From: Owenia fusiformis
Lineage: Eukaryota
Assembly (NCBI GenBank): GCA_903813345.2
Contig: CAIIXF020000001.1
Coordinates: forward strand, 26,102,001-26,166,000
Reading direction: 5' to 3'
DNA: 64,000 nucleotides
Shown here: positions 62,746 through 64,000 of the stretch, one piece after another
Layout: every line of letters starts with the position of its first letter
How positions within the stretch are numbered: the first letter of the stretch is position 1
Notes under the pieces: generated by a model
Database searches by the model: none
What the model was told of the DNA's origin: nothing
What the model saw: only the letters and a program-made list of their open reading frames with translations
Made by a program: the position numbers and the translations under genes

Positions 62746-64000
62746 TGGATCCTTGAAACGTTTTTTTCTCGCCACACCCCTTCCCTTCGGACAGGCTTGG
62801 ATTTTGAGCTCGGATGGGGCGATGTGTTGGTTTGCACAAGCCCCACAAACTCTCTCTATACCCATGCTGCATATGGTTGGGGGTTATATTTCAGTAGTTG
62901 AGGTGGCTCGCTTTACAAACCCCTCTTGTACAAGCTAAGGAGTGTCTGATGTCCACACAACATTACCATTTTGGTGCACCTTTATTGATCCTTAAGCTAC
63001 TGTAGCCTCCTCCGAGGCCACCTCTGTATTCTAGAGACTTGAGTTACTGTAAAGTAGTGCTCTCCCCCCATTAGAATCACCGAGGCACAACATCTAAAGC
63101 ACTAAAATGCTCCTCTATTCAATTGCAGGTGCAGTGAGGCAATTGTTTCTACCAAGGAGGCAAATGTTTTCAATGAGGCAAATATCATTGTTGAGGCAAG
63201 GCTGCAAGGGGGGTGCAGCAAAACCTGTAGGGAGCCCTCGTGTTACGGCCATGTCCCATTTGATCATGGAGATATGCTTTTATGATTTCAGTGATTTCTA
63301 CAGGATTGTTTCTCAAGTGGGTGCAAAATTCTCAAAATATGTCATTTTTTCATAATTTTTCTCATTTTCAAGTGGGTGCAAATCACTTTTCAGGTGGGTG
63401 CAAGCCTTTTTTCAAAATCTCAAGTGGGTGCTGCACCCACTTGCTTTAATACTGGGGAGAACACTCTATTTGATGGAACTATCAGCTGTGTTTTCAGTCT
63501 TTTTTATTTTATGGGTAGGGGTGAGTTAAGATTAGAGTATCCTCCCTTTCTTCAAGCCAATCTTCCTATTTTAATTAAATCTAGGAGATCATTTCTTCAT
63601 CATCCTCGGTAAGACACTCTTTATGGAATGAGTTGGAATTTTTACCGAAACAATGTGGAAGAAACTACAGCAGTAAAAGACAACCTGTTGACAAGAAGGC
63701 TGACACTGCACGCAGAGAGGCTGCTACATGGATTTTACTGCCCTTTGTGGCTTCTGCCCATTGTGCAATGACAGTAAGTACATGTATTGAAGCCACTTCT
63801 TTTCTGCACTGATTTGTTGCTGTTGTTCTGTTTATTGATTTCAGCTTGAAATTATAATGGAAGATAACAAAAATACATCCTTATTTTCAAGAATAAAATA
63901 AGCTACCATATGTACTTTGTAGATGTCTAGCAAAACATGCTCATGTCATATATAACATGGGACGGTTACAAGGAATAATGATAGTATGCAGTGATCTCCC

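Noticed and set aside
63640-63775. Exon-like segment before a GTAAGT as the next YR exon
   Set aside because: No frame shows YR catalytic motifs and no clear acceptor was found.

Overview
AT-rich, intron-containing eukaryotic DNA, probably from a marine invertebrate (inferred from Nin/Deu-type tRNA SINEs and animal-type CACTA and Penelope-like elements). The first 16 kb holds two host genes on the minus strand: the 5' end of LZIC and a complete 8-coding-exon RPA2 (RPA32). RPA2 has two tandem, homologous versions of the OB-fold exon 4, which are candidate mutually exclusive exons. Its introns also carry a very young non-autonomous LTR element and a five-layer nest of MITEs and a SINE. From about 17.5 kb the window is almost entirely mobile DNA. 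A 30-bp minisatellite is split by a ~29 kb nested insertion containing an apparently intact 18.6-kb CACTA/EnSpm element (951-aa spliced transposase plus a divergent 305-aa BEN-domain gene), a 5'-truncated Penelope-like RT inserted in a (CCGT)n tract, and an Academ-like element. After that array come TTAGGG-like repeats and a duplicated, decaying multi-exon unit encoding zinc fingers and a tyrosine-recombinase-like domain, interleaved with 70-bp and 36-bp minisatellites. All calls were made by eye; no database search was run.
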